The translations under genes and the position numbers were made by a program. Positions 1-6,725 of a stretch of 10,427 nt of DNA are shown in pieces. The DNA comes from a virus, in UHGV virus genome UHGV-1714787; one strand, given 5' to 3'. Below the pieces are notes generated by a model. The model had not been told where the DNA came from. It did not search any database and saw nothing but the letters and a program-made list of their open reading frames with translations. Position 1 is the first letter of the stretch, and every line of letters begins with the position of its first letter.

Positions 1-154
1 GCCAGGTGACCGGCTCACCTTTTTCGTTCTGCTCATTACAGAAAAAATAACGTTCACCACCGACCTCTGTCAGATCGATTTCCCAGAGCACCACCTGGGC
101 TGACTGAGTAAGGCGTGTCGTCTCATGATGTGTTTCCTGTGGAATATCCTGCAT
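1..154 (-). CDS. L: Minor tail protein L, N-terminal 51 codons only; gene continues beyond the left edge of the window
   Basis: Hand translation of the minus strand from ATG at 154..152 gives MQDIPQETHHETTRLTQSAQVVLWEIDLTEVGGERYFFCNEQNEKGEPVTW, close to the lambda gpL N-terminus as I recall it. It starts 9 nt after the M stop (TAG 166..164). Not in the ORF track because no stop lies inside the window. Confidence 0.85.
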   Translation of the reverse strand, partial: MQDIPQETHHETTRLTQSAQVVLWEIDLTEVGGERYFFCNEQNEKGEPVTW

Positions 155-163
155 CAGGGCCTC

Positions 164-493
164 CTATGCCACGACCTGTTCAAAATCTGCCGTTATGGTT
201 ACCCACAGCGCCCCCACGCTTGCCGACCATTTACGACAAACCACCCTGATCGGCTTCCAGTCATAAGGTGGCGTCCACTGAAATGCGCGGACGCCACCGT
301 GCCGTTCCAGAAAGGCTTTCAAAGATGGGTGTTCACATTTACGAACACGTATCGTCACGCTGTAAGTCGACAACTGGTTATTCAGTCCCGCCGCACGACG
401 CTGTTCATAACCATCGCCCAGCTTCACTGTCACCACTTTCGGCTCTGATACCACATTCATATCCGGGCGCACTTTCCAGTGAAACGTCTCCAT
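164..493 (-). CDS. M: Minor tail protein M
   Basis: 109-aa ORF; the translation (METFHWKVRPDMNVVSEPKVVTVKLGDGYEQRRAAGLNNQLSTYSVT...FEQVVA) aligns along its length with lambda gpM as recalled (MKTFRWKVKPGMDVASVP...FGDGYSQRAPAGLN...EFEQVVN). Its ATG (493..491) overlaps the tape-measure stop (TAA 495..493) as TAATG. Confidence 0.9.
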   Translation of the reverse strand: METFHWKVRPDMNVVSEPKVVTVKLGDGYEQRRAAGLNNQLSTYSVTIRVRKCEHPSLKAFLERHGGVRAFQWTPPYDWKPIRVVCRKWSASVGALWVTITADFEQVVA

Positions 494-3400
494 TACCGAT
501 ATGCTCCACTTAACCGACCACCATCACGGGCCTGCTGTTGCATAAAGTCCGCTGCCGCTTTTTTCCCAAGGTCATAAACCACCTTCAGGGCAGCCGGACC
601 TATCTGCCCGTTCGTGCCATCGTTATTGATCTCGATGTTGTACTGCGGGGCAAACATCGCCATACCTGAACCACCAATATCCGCCACAACCCCCAGCTTA
701 CCATCAGCACCACGACGCAGTGGCAGAATGGCTTCAGGTCCAGCTTCCCCCATCACACCCGCGCCTTTTGCAAAAGCAAAAAACGTCGGACGGTTAACCA
801 CCGTGCCACTGTAGCGACTCAAATCAGCCGACTGATAAACACCGCCATCAGCATTGGCTACAAAATCAAAAGGCAGCGCGGAAGCAATACCTTTTACCGC
901 TTTCATTAAAGCTATCTGAGCCATGATTCTGGACATATCTGACAGCACAGAAGAGGTGAAGGATTTGAAATTGAGTTTGCCTGTAGTACAGAATGTCGCC
1001 AGCCAGTCACTCATGCTACTGAACGCAGACGTGAACAACTGTTCCACTGTCCCGGCTGTGTTATCCGCTTTCTCAGTGACATTCTGGAGTGCACGCAGGA
1101 CTCCGTTTTTCCAGTCACCCTGAGCAATTTCAAGCTGTTGCCAATAACGGCGATTCTCATTCAGTTGTCGGTTCAGGCTCTCCGTCAGCGCCTGCTCGGC
1201 CTTTCTGTAGTCATCCGTGTTATATGTTCCTTTCTGCTCACTATCCCGCCTCAACTGCTCCAGCTGTTGCTGGTATTTCTGGCGAAGACTCAGTTGTACC
1301 TGATATCGCTGCCGCTGCTGATCACCCATACCCACCGTGGCGATATCCAGGTCATGTTGCTGGCGCTGAGCGCGCTCTTCTTCAGCCAGTTGACTGGTCA
1401 GCTGAATTGTTTTTTTCTTCAGATCGTTGAGTGCCGTCTGTTTCTGAAGCTCCTGCTGTTTTACATCCAGCAGCGTCAGTGCCTGAATCAGTTCATCTTT
1501 ACGGGCCAGCACACTCTTTTCATCTGCCGTCAGTTTTTTCCCGTCCAGATCGCTGATGCGCTGCTGCAGAGCCAGAAGCTGTTTATGCGCTTCTGTCATC
1601 CTGTCAGTGGCAATGCCTGCTGACTGTCTTGCAGCAGCAATCTGTCCTTCCACCTGTGCCTGTTGCTGACTGTACTGCAGCAATAACCGGGTGGCCTCAT
1701 CATTACGGGTTTCGCGTGTTTTTTTCTTACCGGATGCCAGGGCTTTCTCGTAACGTTCATTTTCACGTTGTATCGCCGCATCCCTGACAGCCTGATCGGC
1801 GTACTGCATGGCATTAATACGCGCAATTTCACGCTGATGTCGTGCTGCTTCCGTTTCATTCATCCGGTTCAGTGCAGCATTTTCAGCATTACGGCGTTTC
1901 TGTTGCTCCTGATAATTCCGCTCTGCCTGCTCTTTTGCATCCTGCAAATCCTTCTGGCGTTTTTTCTCCTGAAGCTCGTTAAGACGCTGCTGATCGTACT
2001 CAACCTGAGAAGATGATGCCGTCCAGGGGAGTCTTTTCGCCCGCGACACTTTCTCCTGTAAAGCGGAAATCTGTTCATCCAGCGAGTCTTCACGACCAAT
2101 ATTCATGGCCGCATCCCAGAAACGACTCCATAAATCAGACAGATACTTCAGCGTACTGCCCAGCGCATTGAGGTTATTATCAATATCCGCAGTACGCCGA
2201 CCGGTTTCCTCTGCCAGTGCAGACATGGCTATCCGTGCCGCATCACTGGACCGCCCCTGTTCCCCAAGGACGCGTATCTGCTCAAGCTGAGTGGCAGTAA
2301 GAAAATGCAGCTCATTGTCCAGAGCCTTCGCGGCATTTACAGGATCATCCTTCAGCCGCTTAAACTGATTTATGGTATCGCTGACCGACTGGCCAACCGA
2401 TCGCTCCATCTGTGCGGCAGCTCTCGCCACCATACCGATATCGTTTCCACGAAATGCACCACTCCCCACCACCTGAGCCAGCGCACCGGCTGCAGCATGT
2501 TGCGTGATACCATTCCCGGAAATAGCACGACTGAGCGTCCACAGCTGCCCGGCAGTGACTCCGGCATAATGCCCCGTCAGCGACAGCTGGCGGTTAAATT
2601 CTTCCCCCTCCTTCTGACCGTCATACCAGGCTTTACCCAGACCATAGACAGCCGCGGCAATACCGCCAATAACCCCGCCAAGCATCATGCCTTTCGGTGA
2701 CATCAATGTGTCTATCCATCCGGCACGGTTAGCCAGCGTTATTCCGGATCCCCTCAGCGCACCTAAATTGCCGCGGGCCAGTTCACCTATCAGAACGCCT
2801 ATCTCCTGACGGGCCGCTGCACTTTTCAGACCCAGCGAATGCGTTGCTTTTCCTGCCTGCTCCATTTTGCGGATATACACTTCTGCAGCACTGCTTACCC
2901 CCAGCTGGGCAGCCTTAGCACGAAGCAACTCAGAAGAAGAAAGATTCTGGCGGGTTGCCTGCTCTTTAAGCTGACGGATAAACGCCACTTTCTGTCGGGT
3001 AGCCTCTTCCTCAGCCTGTGTAAGAACACGGGTTTTCGCCGTAACCTCAGAAATCAGCGCCAGATAATCCTGCTGACCAATCCCGCCACTGTTTCTGGCC
3101 TGTCGGATCTGCTGCTGAATACGCTGTAATTCCTGCAGCCCCGCACTGGCCTGTTTTACACTGTCAATCTGACGATAAAACGCGGCAGCCGCTTTATCCT
3201 GAGCCTCCGCCAGAGCCATGGCCTGCGCCTGTTCCTCGCGCATTTTCTGGCTCAGTGCCTCCATGCGCTGGCGGGTTTTCTCCACCTCGCGGGCCATGCG
3301 TTCATGAGCCTGTGCGTTTTTCTCCACCGTCTGCGCATGGACGGATGCGGCTGTTGCAGCCGAAGAAGCCGCCTGCGTTGTCTGCCGGGCGGCCTGAGTC

Positions 3401-3549
3401 TGACGCTCCATAAAACGCTGCATACGGGCAGAAGACCGTTCTGCATCGCTGGCTGCACCATTCAGAAGGTTTTTGATACGGGGAATTTCATTTTTAAACT
3501 CTGCCGCATCAATCCCCAAATCAATGACCAGGTTGGCTATCTGGTCCAT
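493..3549 (-). CDS. H: Tail tape measure protein (lambda gpH-like)
   Basis: Long ORF (track: 493..3579, 1028 aa). The C-terminus (...NNDGTNGQIGPAALKVVYDLGKK...DGGRLSGAYR) matches the lambda gpH C-terminus; there is a long Q/A/E/R-rich coiled-coil-like central region and a Gly-rich hydrophobic segment. I place the start at ATG 3549..3547 (MDQIANLVIDLGIDAAEF, like lambda MAEPVGDLVVDLSLDAARF), preceded by GGAGGTG about 8 nt upstream; the track start at 3579 is the alternative. Confidence 0.9.
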   Translation of the reverse strand: MDQIANLVIDLGIDAAEFKNEIPRIKNLLNGAASDAERSSARMQRFMERQTQAARQTTQAASSAATAASVHAQTVEKNAQAHERMAREVEKTRQRMEALSQKMREEQAQAMALAEAQDKAAAAFYRQIDSVKQASAGLQELQRIQQQIRQARNSGGIGQQDYLALISEVTAKTRVLTQAEEEATRQKVAFIRQLKEQATRQNLSSSELLRAKAAQLGVSSAAEVYIRKMEQAGKATHSLGLKSAAARQEIGVLIGELARGNLGALRGSGITLANRAGWIDTLMSPKGMMLGGVIGGIAAAVYGLGKAWYDGQKEGEEFNRQLSLTGHYAGVTAGQLWTLSRAISGNGITQHAAAGALAQVVGSGAFRGNDIGMVARAAAQMERSVGQSVSDTINQFKRLKDDPVNAAKALDNELHFLTATQLEQIRVLGEQGRSSDAARIAMSALAEETGRRTADIDNNLNALGSTLKYLSDLWSRFWDAAMNIGREDSLDEQISALQEKVSRAKRLPWTASSSQVEYDQQRLNELQEKKRQKDLQDAKEQAERNYQEQQKRRNAENAALNRMNETEAARHQREIARINAMQYADQAVRDAAIQRENERYEKALASGKKKTRETRNDEATRLLLQYSQQQAQVEGQIAAARQSAGIATDRMTEAHKQLLALQQRISDLDGKKLTADEKSVLARKDELIQALTLLDVKQQELQKQTALNDLKKKTIQLTSQLAEEERAQRQQHDLDIATVGMGDQQRQRYQVQLSLRQKYQQQLEQLRRDSEQKGTYNTDDYRKAEQALTESLNRQLNENRRYWQQLEIAQGDWKNGVLRALQNVTEKADNTAGTVEQLFTSAFSSMSDWLATFCTTGKLNFKSFTSSVLSDMSRIMAQIALMKAVKGIASALPFDFVANADGGVYQSADLSRYSGTVVNRPTFFAFAKGAGVMGEAGPEAILPLRRGADGKLGVVADIGGSGMAMFAPQYNIEINNDGTNGQIGPAALKVVYDLGKKAAADFMQQQARDGGRLSGAYR

Positions 3550-3871
3550 AACGCACACCTCCGGAAATACCTTCCCCAAGATGCATCAGTTCTTCGTCCG
3601 TTCGCTCCGGTATCCCGTTCTCTTCCGGTAAAAGGCTGAAATCAGCCACCGCAGCATCACTGCTGCCGGACACCATTCTCACGATCAATGCCTTCAGCGA
3701 GGCAAACTGCGCATCCATCCACACATCACTGAAGCTCTGCATCCGGAAATAATCGCCCCACTCACCAAGCTCAGTGGCCGACATTTCCGACAGCATCCGC
3801 CGCCAGTCTGCCCGCCGGAACTCCCGGGCAAGCCGCATGACAAACTGCATTTCCCGCGTCAGGACTTTTCC
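3521..3871 (-). CDS. T: gpT-like -1 frame extension of the tail assembly chaperone (G-T fusion made by programmed -1 frameshift near the end of G)
   Basis: ORF 3521..3850 is in the -1 frame relative to G and overlaps the 3' end of G. That frame is open from 3883 (bounded upstream by TGA 3886..3884). The heptamer G GAA AAG lies at 3871..3865 on the minus strand, just before the G stop (TGA 3861..3859). Position between the major tail protein and tape measure genes matches the conserved G/GT arrangement in long-tailed phages. Confidence 0.6.
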   Translation of the reverse strand, partial: GKVLTREMQFVMRLAREFRRADWRRMLSEMSATELGEWGDYFRMQSFSDVWMDAQFASLKALIVRMVSGSSDAAVADFSLLPEENGIPERTDEELMHLGEGISGGVRYGPDSQPGH

Positions 3872-4245
3872 GGCGTCAGCACCTCATGCTCCAAATCCCC
3901 GGCATTATCAATGGCCCCCATACCGCTCAGCGACAGAACCATCTCCGCCCCCGCTCCCAGGGCATCATACGACCATGTTGTAATAACGGATGCGTAAAGC
4001 GTCTCAACATCCTGAGACTGTTCCGCATTCCACAGTGAGCGGGAAACCAGCCAGGCATTGATATCCATCCCCATCCGCAGAAAAGCAATCTGTCGTTCAG
4101 CCTCCGGCAGTTCTCCCTCCCCGGCATCAAACTTTGCCGTTCGCTGCTGAACAAACGTCAGATATTCAATTCTCTGCAGCCCGGACAGCTCACTGAGCAC
4201 CACGGACTGTTTTTCATAATTAAACGTGTCCTGTTTCAGAAACAT
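3859..4245 (-). CDS. G: Tail assembly chaperone (lambda gpG-like)
   Basis: The translation from MFLKQDTFNYEKQSVVLSELSGLQRIEYL resembles the lambda gpG N-terminus (MFLKTESFEHNGVTVTLSELSALQRIEHL). Start chosen at ATG 4245..4243 with GGTGGAGA upstream; an adjacent ATG at 4248 and the longer track start at 4287 are alternatives. Confidence 0.8.
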   Translation of the reverse strand: MFLKQDTFNYEKQSVVLSELSGLQRIEYLTFVQQRTAKFDAGEGELPEAERQIAFLRMGMDINAWLVSRSLWNAEQSQDVETLYASVITTWSYDALGAGAEMVLSLSGMGAIDNAGDLEHEVLTPEKS

Positions 4246-4260
4246 CATGTTCTCCACCTG

Positions 4261-4285
4261 TAAAAAAGCCCCGAATAACCGGGGC
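4261..4285 (-). terminator. Rho-independent terminator hairpin between V and G (minus-strand transcript)
   Basis: Minus-strand RNA reads GCCCCG-GUUAUU-CGGGGC followed by UUUUUU(A): a 6-bp all-GC stem (plus strand 4268..4273 pairs with 4280..4285), 6-nt loop, then a U-tract (plus-strand A-run 4262..4267). It sits in the 60-nt gap between the V stop and the G start. Confidence 0.6.
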
Positions 4286-4305
4286 AAATGATGAGTATCG
4301 TCCTG

Positions 4306-5049
4306 TTAACCTGCTGCGCTGACAGTCACCGCAGCCACAGCCACAAAATTCCCGTCAGCGGTCATGCCCACAATGCTGACACTGCCCTGCTTCACGCCTT
4401 TCACCGTGGCCACAAGCCCGTTCAGGGTCACCGTGGCAGTCTGTGGATCTGTCGAATGCACACTGATCGCTTTGTCACTGGCTCCGTCAGGTTTTACTGT
4501 AAAGGTCAGCGTGGTGGTTGCTCCCACTTTTACACTGGCAGATGCCGGTGCCACCGTCAGCCCGGTAACGCTCACGGTTTCAGTGCCTTCTTCTGCCAGA
4601 TACGGACGCCCCACACCGCTGATTTTCACTGTGCGGGTCATCACGTCTTTTGAGGCAATGGTTTTACCCAGTGAACTCAGCCAGCCACGGAAAACATCAA
4701 CAGTACCGTTGGGATATTTGATACGAAACGCGCAGACTTCACCGGAGTCGAACAACTGAACCAGTTTTTTCTGCCCGCTGTCACCCGGACGCCAGGCCAG
4801 CGTCGCCGAAGTATCACCGACGGATTTCTGCCCCTGGGTTGTCGTTTTCCAGTCTGCATCTTCATCATCGAGATAAGTGTCATCTTCTGCATCAGCGGTC
4901 ATTTCGCCAGGCTGCAGATCCTTCACCATCGCAAGACGCAGCCAGTCAGTGTCCGATAAAGGGTTCGCAAACGCATCGCCCTTGCCGGTGTACATCCAGA
5001 ACGTCGTTCCCGCACCTTTCGTTTTTGCCAGTGGATTTGGTGTGGTCAT
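4306..5049 (-). CDS. V: Major tail protein (lambda gpV-like) with C-terminal Ig-like domain
   Basis: The translation from MTTPNPLAKTKGAGTTFWMYTGKGDAFANPLSD...YLDDEDADW...GQKSVGDTS...NGTVDVFRGW...TRTVK aligns with lambda gpV ([33 protein letters not shown]...YLDDEDADW...). The C-terminal ~90 aa are Thr/Val/Ala-rich beta-like sequence, as in the gpV Ig-like domain. ATG 5049..5047 is preceded by a strong SD AAGGAGGT at 5061..5054; the track start at 5124 is rejected. Confidence 0.9.
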   Translation of the reverse strand: MTTPNPLAKTKGAGTTFWMYTGKGDAFANPLSDTDWLRLAMVKDLQPGEMTADAEDDTYLDDEDADWKTTTQGQKSVGDTSATLAWRPGDSGQKKLVQLFDSGEVCAFRIKYPNGTVDVFRGWLSSLGKTIASKDVMTRTVKISGVGRPYLAEEGTETVSVTGLTVAPASASVKVGATTTLTFTVKPDGASDKAISVHSTDPQTATVTLNGLVATVKGVKQGSVSIVGMTADGNFVAVAAVTVSAAG

Positions 5050-5052
5050 TGC

Positions 5053-5061
5053 CACCTCCTT
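5053..5061 (-). promoter_or_regulatory. Shine-Dalgarno site for the major tail protein gene
   Basis: The minus strand reads TAAGGAGGTGGCA-ATG; the SD overlaps the U stop codon (TAA 5062..5060) and gives a 5-nt spacer to the ATG. This is one of the strongest RBS matches in the window, consistent with a highly expressed major tail subunit. Confidence 0.7.
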
Positions 5062-5461
5062 AATTCGTGTACGTGATCTGGTAAGTGATTTCCGCCATCG
5101 CCCAGGTGGCCATCTCATTATCACGTTGATAGTTAAAACCGAGTGGGATCAGGGTGTCGATGAGTCCGGAAAGTGCCGGTACATCATTCAGGGCCGGGAA
5201 AATGGTGCTCTCCATCCACATATCCAGCTCTGAATCCGGTGCCTGTGCCCGGATGAAGACAGCAATATGCAGAACAGCCTGCCAGTCATCTTCATCCGTC
5301 ATTTTTCCGGTGTACAGAGCATCACTCAGCCACACCGCCACGGCAGGCAGTTCCTGCGCATCAACAAATGCCGGAAGCCCGTCAAAAAACGTGGCGCTGT
5401 CTCCACACTGTTCCCGAAGGCGTGCCAGTACGGCCTGGCGGATTTGTGTATGTCGGTTCAT
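5060..5461 (-). CDS. U: Tail terminator protein (lambda gpU-like)
   Basis: The translation MNRHTQIRQAVLARLREQCGDSATFFDGLPAFVDAQELPAVAVWLSDALYTGK...WQAVLHIAVFIRAQAPDSELDMWMES...ITYQITY aligns closely with lambda gpU (MKHTELRAAVLDAL...ATFFDGRPAVFDEADFPAVAVYL...DSELDAWMES...LTYVITY). ATG 5461..5459 overlaps the Z stop (TGA 5460..5458) as ATGA; an upstream ATG at 5473 is the alternative. Confidence 0.85.
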   Translation of the reverse strand: MNRHTQIRQAVLARLREQCGDSATFFDGLPAFVDAQELPAVAVWLSDALYTGKMTDEDDWQAVLHIAVFIRAQAPDSELDMWMESTIFPALNDVPALSGLIDTLIPLGFNYQRDNEMATWAMAEITYQITYTN

Positions 5462-6036
5462 CGGGTCAGCCATAACCTCAGTTGTTGTTTCAGTGCATAC
5501 CCCAGCTGTTTCGGCATTTCCGCAGCAATGATGCGGTCGCGGGCATCTTCAAATGCCTGCGTCAGCGGTCCGGACAGAGGGATTTTCACCACATCAATGG
5601 GGTAACGATTTTTGCCATCAATACGCCGCATCACATGCCAGCGACCATTCGCCAGTTGCTGAATAAACGCATCCCGGAAAAGATATTTACCCACCTTCAG
5701 CACGCTGCCACGGTACTGCAGTTTTCCACCACGCCGGGTCAGTCTGACCCGGGCGGTCCCCAGCTTAATGGCAGGCAGATTGCCCCGGTTAACGCGGATC
5801 CTGGCCGTCATTTTTCCTGACGGATTGGCTTTAAACACCCGGACACGCTGACGTACCAGTTTCAGGGGGATCCCTTTCACCTGGTTATCTCCCGCAACGG
5901 TATTCCCGGCAACCTGCCGGGTGGCAACCGAGACCGCTTTCTGTGCCACACGGTTTATCGCCCATGCGCTGGCCTGTGGCACCATACGGGTATCAAGGCT
6001 GTTCAGATTGCGGATGGCATTCTCAAGCCCCTTCAT
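5458..6036 (-). CDS. Z: Minor tail / tail completion protein (lambda gpZ-like)
   Basis: 192-aa ORF. The translation (MKGLENAIRNLNSL...AINRVAQKAVSVATRQVA...NGRWHVMRRIDGKNRYPIDVVKIP...LGYALKQQLR) matches lambda gpZ (..IKGLEQAVENLSRI...AINRVASSAISQSASQVA...NGRWHVMQRVAGKNRYPIDVVKIP...LGYALQHQLR). SD AGAGGTG lies upstream of ATG 6036..6034. Confidence 0.9.
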   Translation of the reverse strand: MKGLENAIRNLNSLDTRMVPQASAWAINRVAQKAVSVATRQVAGNTVAGDNQVKGIPLKLVRQRVRVFKANPSGKMTARIRVNRGNLPAIKLGTARVRLTRRGGKLQYRGSVLKVGKYLFRDAFIQQLANGRWHVMRRIDGKNRYPIDVVKIPLSGPLTQAFEDARDRIIAAEMPKQLGYALKQQLRLWLTR

Positions 6037-6047
6037 CCCACACCTCT

Positions 6048-6323
6048 TTACTCAATAAAGATCATTGGCTTACCGTTAAAGCGTTCATGCCGTGTGACCG
6101 TCCATTGTTGTCCGTCATAAACAACGCGATCCCCGCGCCGTGGGCGGTATCCCGAAGAAAACACCACCAGAGAGACCGCAGGTCCGGACAGAGCATTCAG
6201 CTCTGCCAGTGTTTCTCCCGGGATCACAGTCATATCGACATCATTAATCGAGGCTGTCTTTCCCATCTTTCTGAGCGTGATCGCATCCATACGCGCTGCC
6301 AGCCGGGAAAAGGGATCAGACAT
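6048..6323 (-). CDS. FII: Head-tail joining protein (lambda gpFII-like)
   Basis: 91-aa ORF in the FII position (between the head genes and Z). Limited similarity to lambda FII in the C-terminal region (RRGDRVVYDGQQWTV vs RRGDTLTIGEENFWV). The start overlaps the upstream stop as ATGTCTGA. Confidence 0.6.
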   Translation of the reverse strand: MSDPFSRLAARMDAITLRKMGKTASINDVDMTVIPGETLAELNALSGPAVSLVVFSSGYRPRRGDRVVYDGQQWTVTRHERFNGKPMIFIE

Positions 6324-6639
6324 TGAGTTTTACCGGCACTTCTTCTGCACTGGTTCCGGCATCTGCCCAGACAACCCCGACCAGCGGATCAGAGCCGCTG
6401 TTAGTCAGCTGAACTTTTCCGGACTTCAGATAAACCTTCTTACCCGTTTTCATATCATCCGTTTTCAGCTTAGGCAGCATAAAAACACCTTCGGTCATGC
6501 CGTCGCCTGTTTCACCCTGTGGAATATCGGTCAGCGCCACCGCAAAAACATCACCCACCTGCACCAGATCTCCGCTGCTGATGGCTGCACTGGCAACAAT
6601 CGCCACCGTTTTTCCTTCTTCTACAAAATTCTTTGCCAT
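6316..6639 (-). CDS. Small head protein, DUF2190-like (putative capsid decoration/cement protein)
   Basis: 107 aa from MAKNFVEEGKTVAIVASAAISSGDLVQVGDVFAVALTDIPQGETGDGMTEGVFMLPKLKTDD..GKKVY...VPVKLNV. This pattern (MAKN..., SGD, GVF.LPK) is what I recall of the DUF2190 family found just downstream of major capsid genes. ATG 6639..6637 has GGAGA about 7 nt upstream; the track ORF start at 6684 is rejected. Confidence 0.55.
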   Translation of the reverse strand: MAKNFVEEGKTVAIVASAAISSGDLVQVGDVFAVALTDIPQGETGDGMTEGVFMLPKLKTDDMKTGKKVYLKSGKVQLTNSGSDPLVGVVWADAGTSAEEVPVKLNV

Positions 6640-6682
6640 AACTGTCTCCGCACAGCCCCGTTCAGGGGCTGATTTCAGGTAC

Positions 6683-6701
6683 AAAAAAAGCCCTTACGGG
6701 C
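6683..6701 (-). terminator. Possible short intrinsic terminator/attenuator downstream of the capsid gene
   Basis: Minus-strand RNA reads GCCC-GUAA-GGGC then UUUUUUU: a 4-bp GC stem (6690..6693 with 6698..6701) capped by a GNRA-type tetraloop, followed by seven U (plus-strand A-run 6683..6689). It lies in the 86-nt gap between the capsid stop (6726) and the next start (6639). The stem is short, so confidence is limited. Confidence 0.4.
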
Positions 6702-6725
6702 CATCAGAGTTGTTGTCTGCGACGT

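Noticed and set aside
125-513. Plus-strand ORFs 125..448 and 268..513 overlapping the M gene
   Set aside because: Antisense to a gene with strong lambda gpM similarity; no independent support.
1089-2700. Several plus-strand ORFs of 100-160 aa (1089..1430, 1138..1623, 2305..2700) inside the tape measure region
   Set aside because: They are entirely antisense to a well-supported 1000-aa gene and their translations are low-complexity (Leu/Gln/Ser-rich), as expected from the reverse complement of an Ala/Glu/Gln-rich coiled-coil gene. No start context or homology supports them.
3927-4154. Minus-strand 75-aa ORF nested in another frame within G
   Set aside because: Overlaps the gpG-like CDS out of frame; the Arg/Trp/Cys-rich translation looks like an artefact.
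4288-4759. Plus-strand ORFs 4288..4653 and 4364..4759 antisense to the major tail protein gene
   Set aside because: Nested antisense to the V homolog; the His/Cys-rich translation looks like an artefact.
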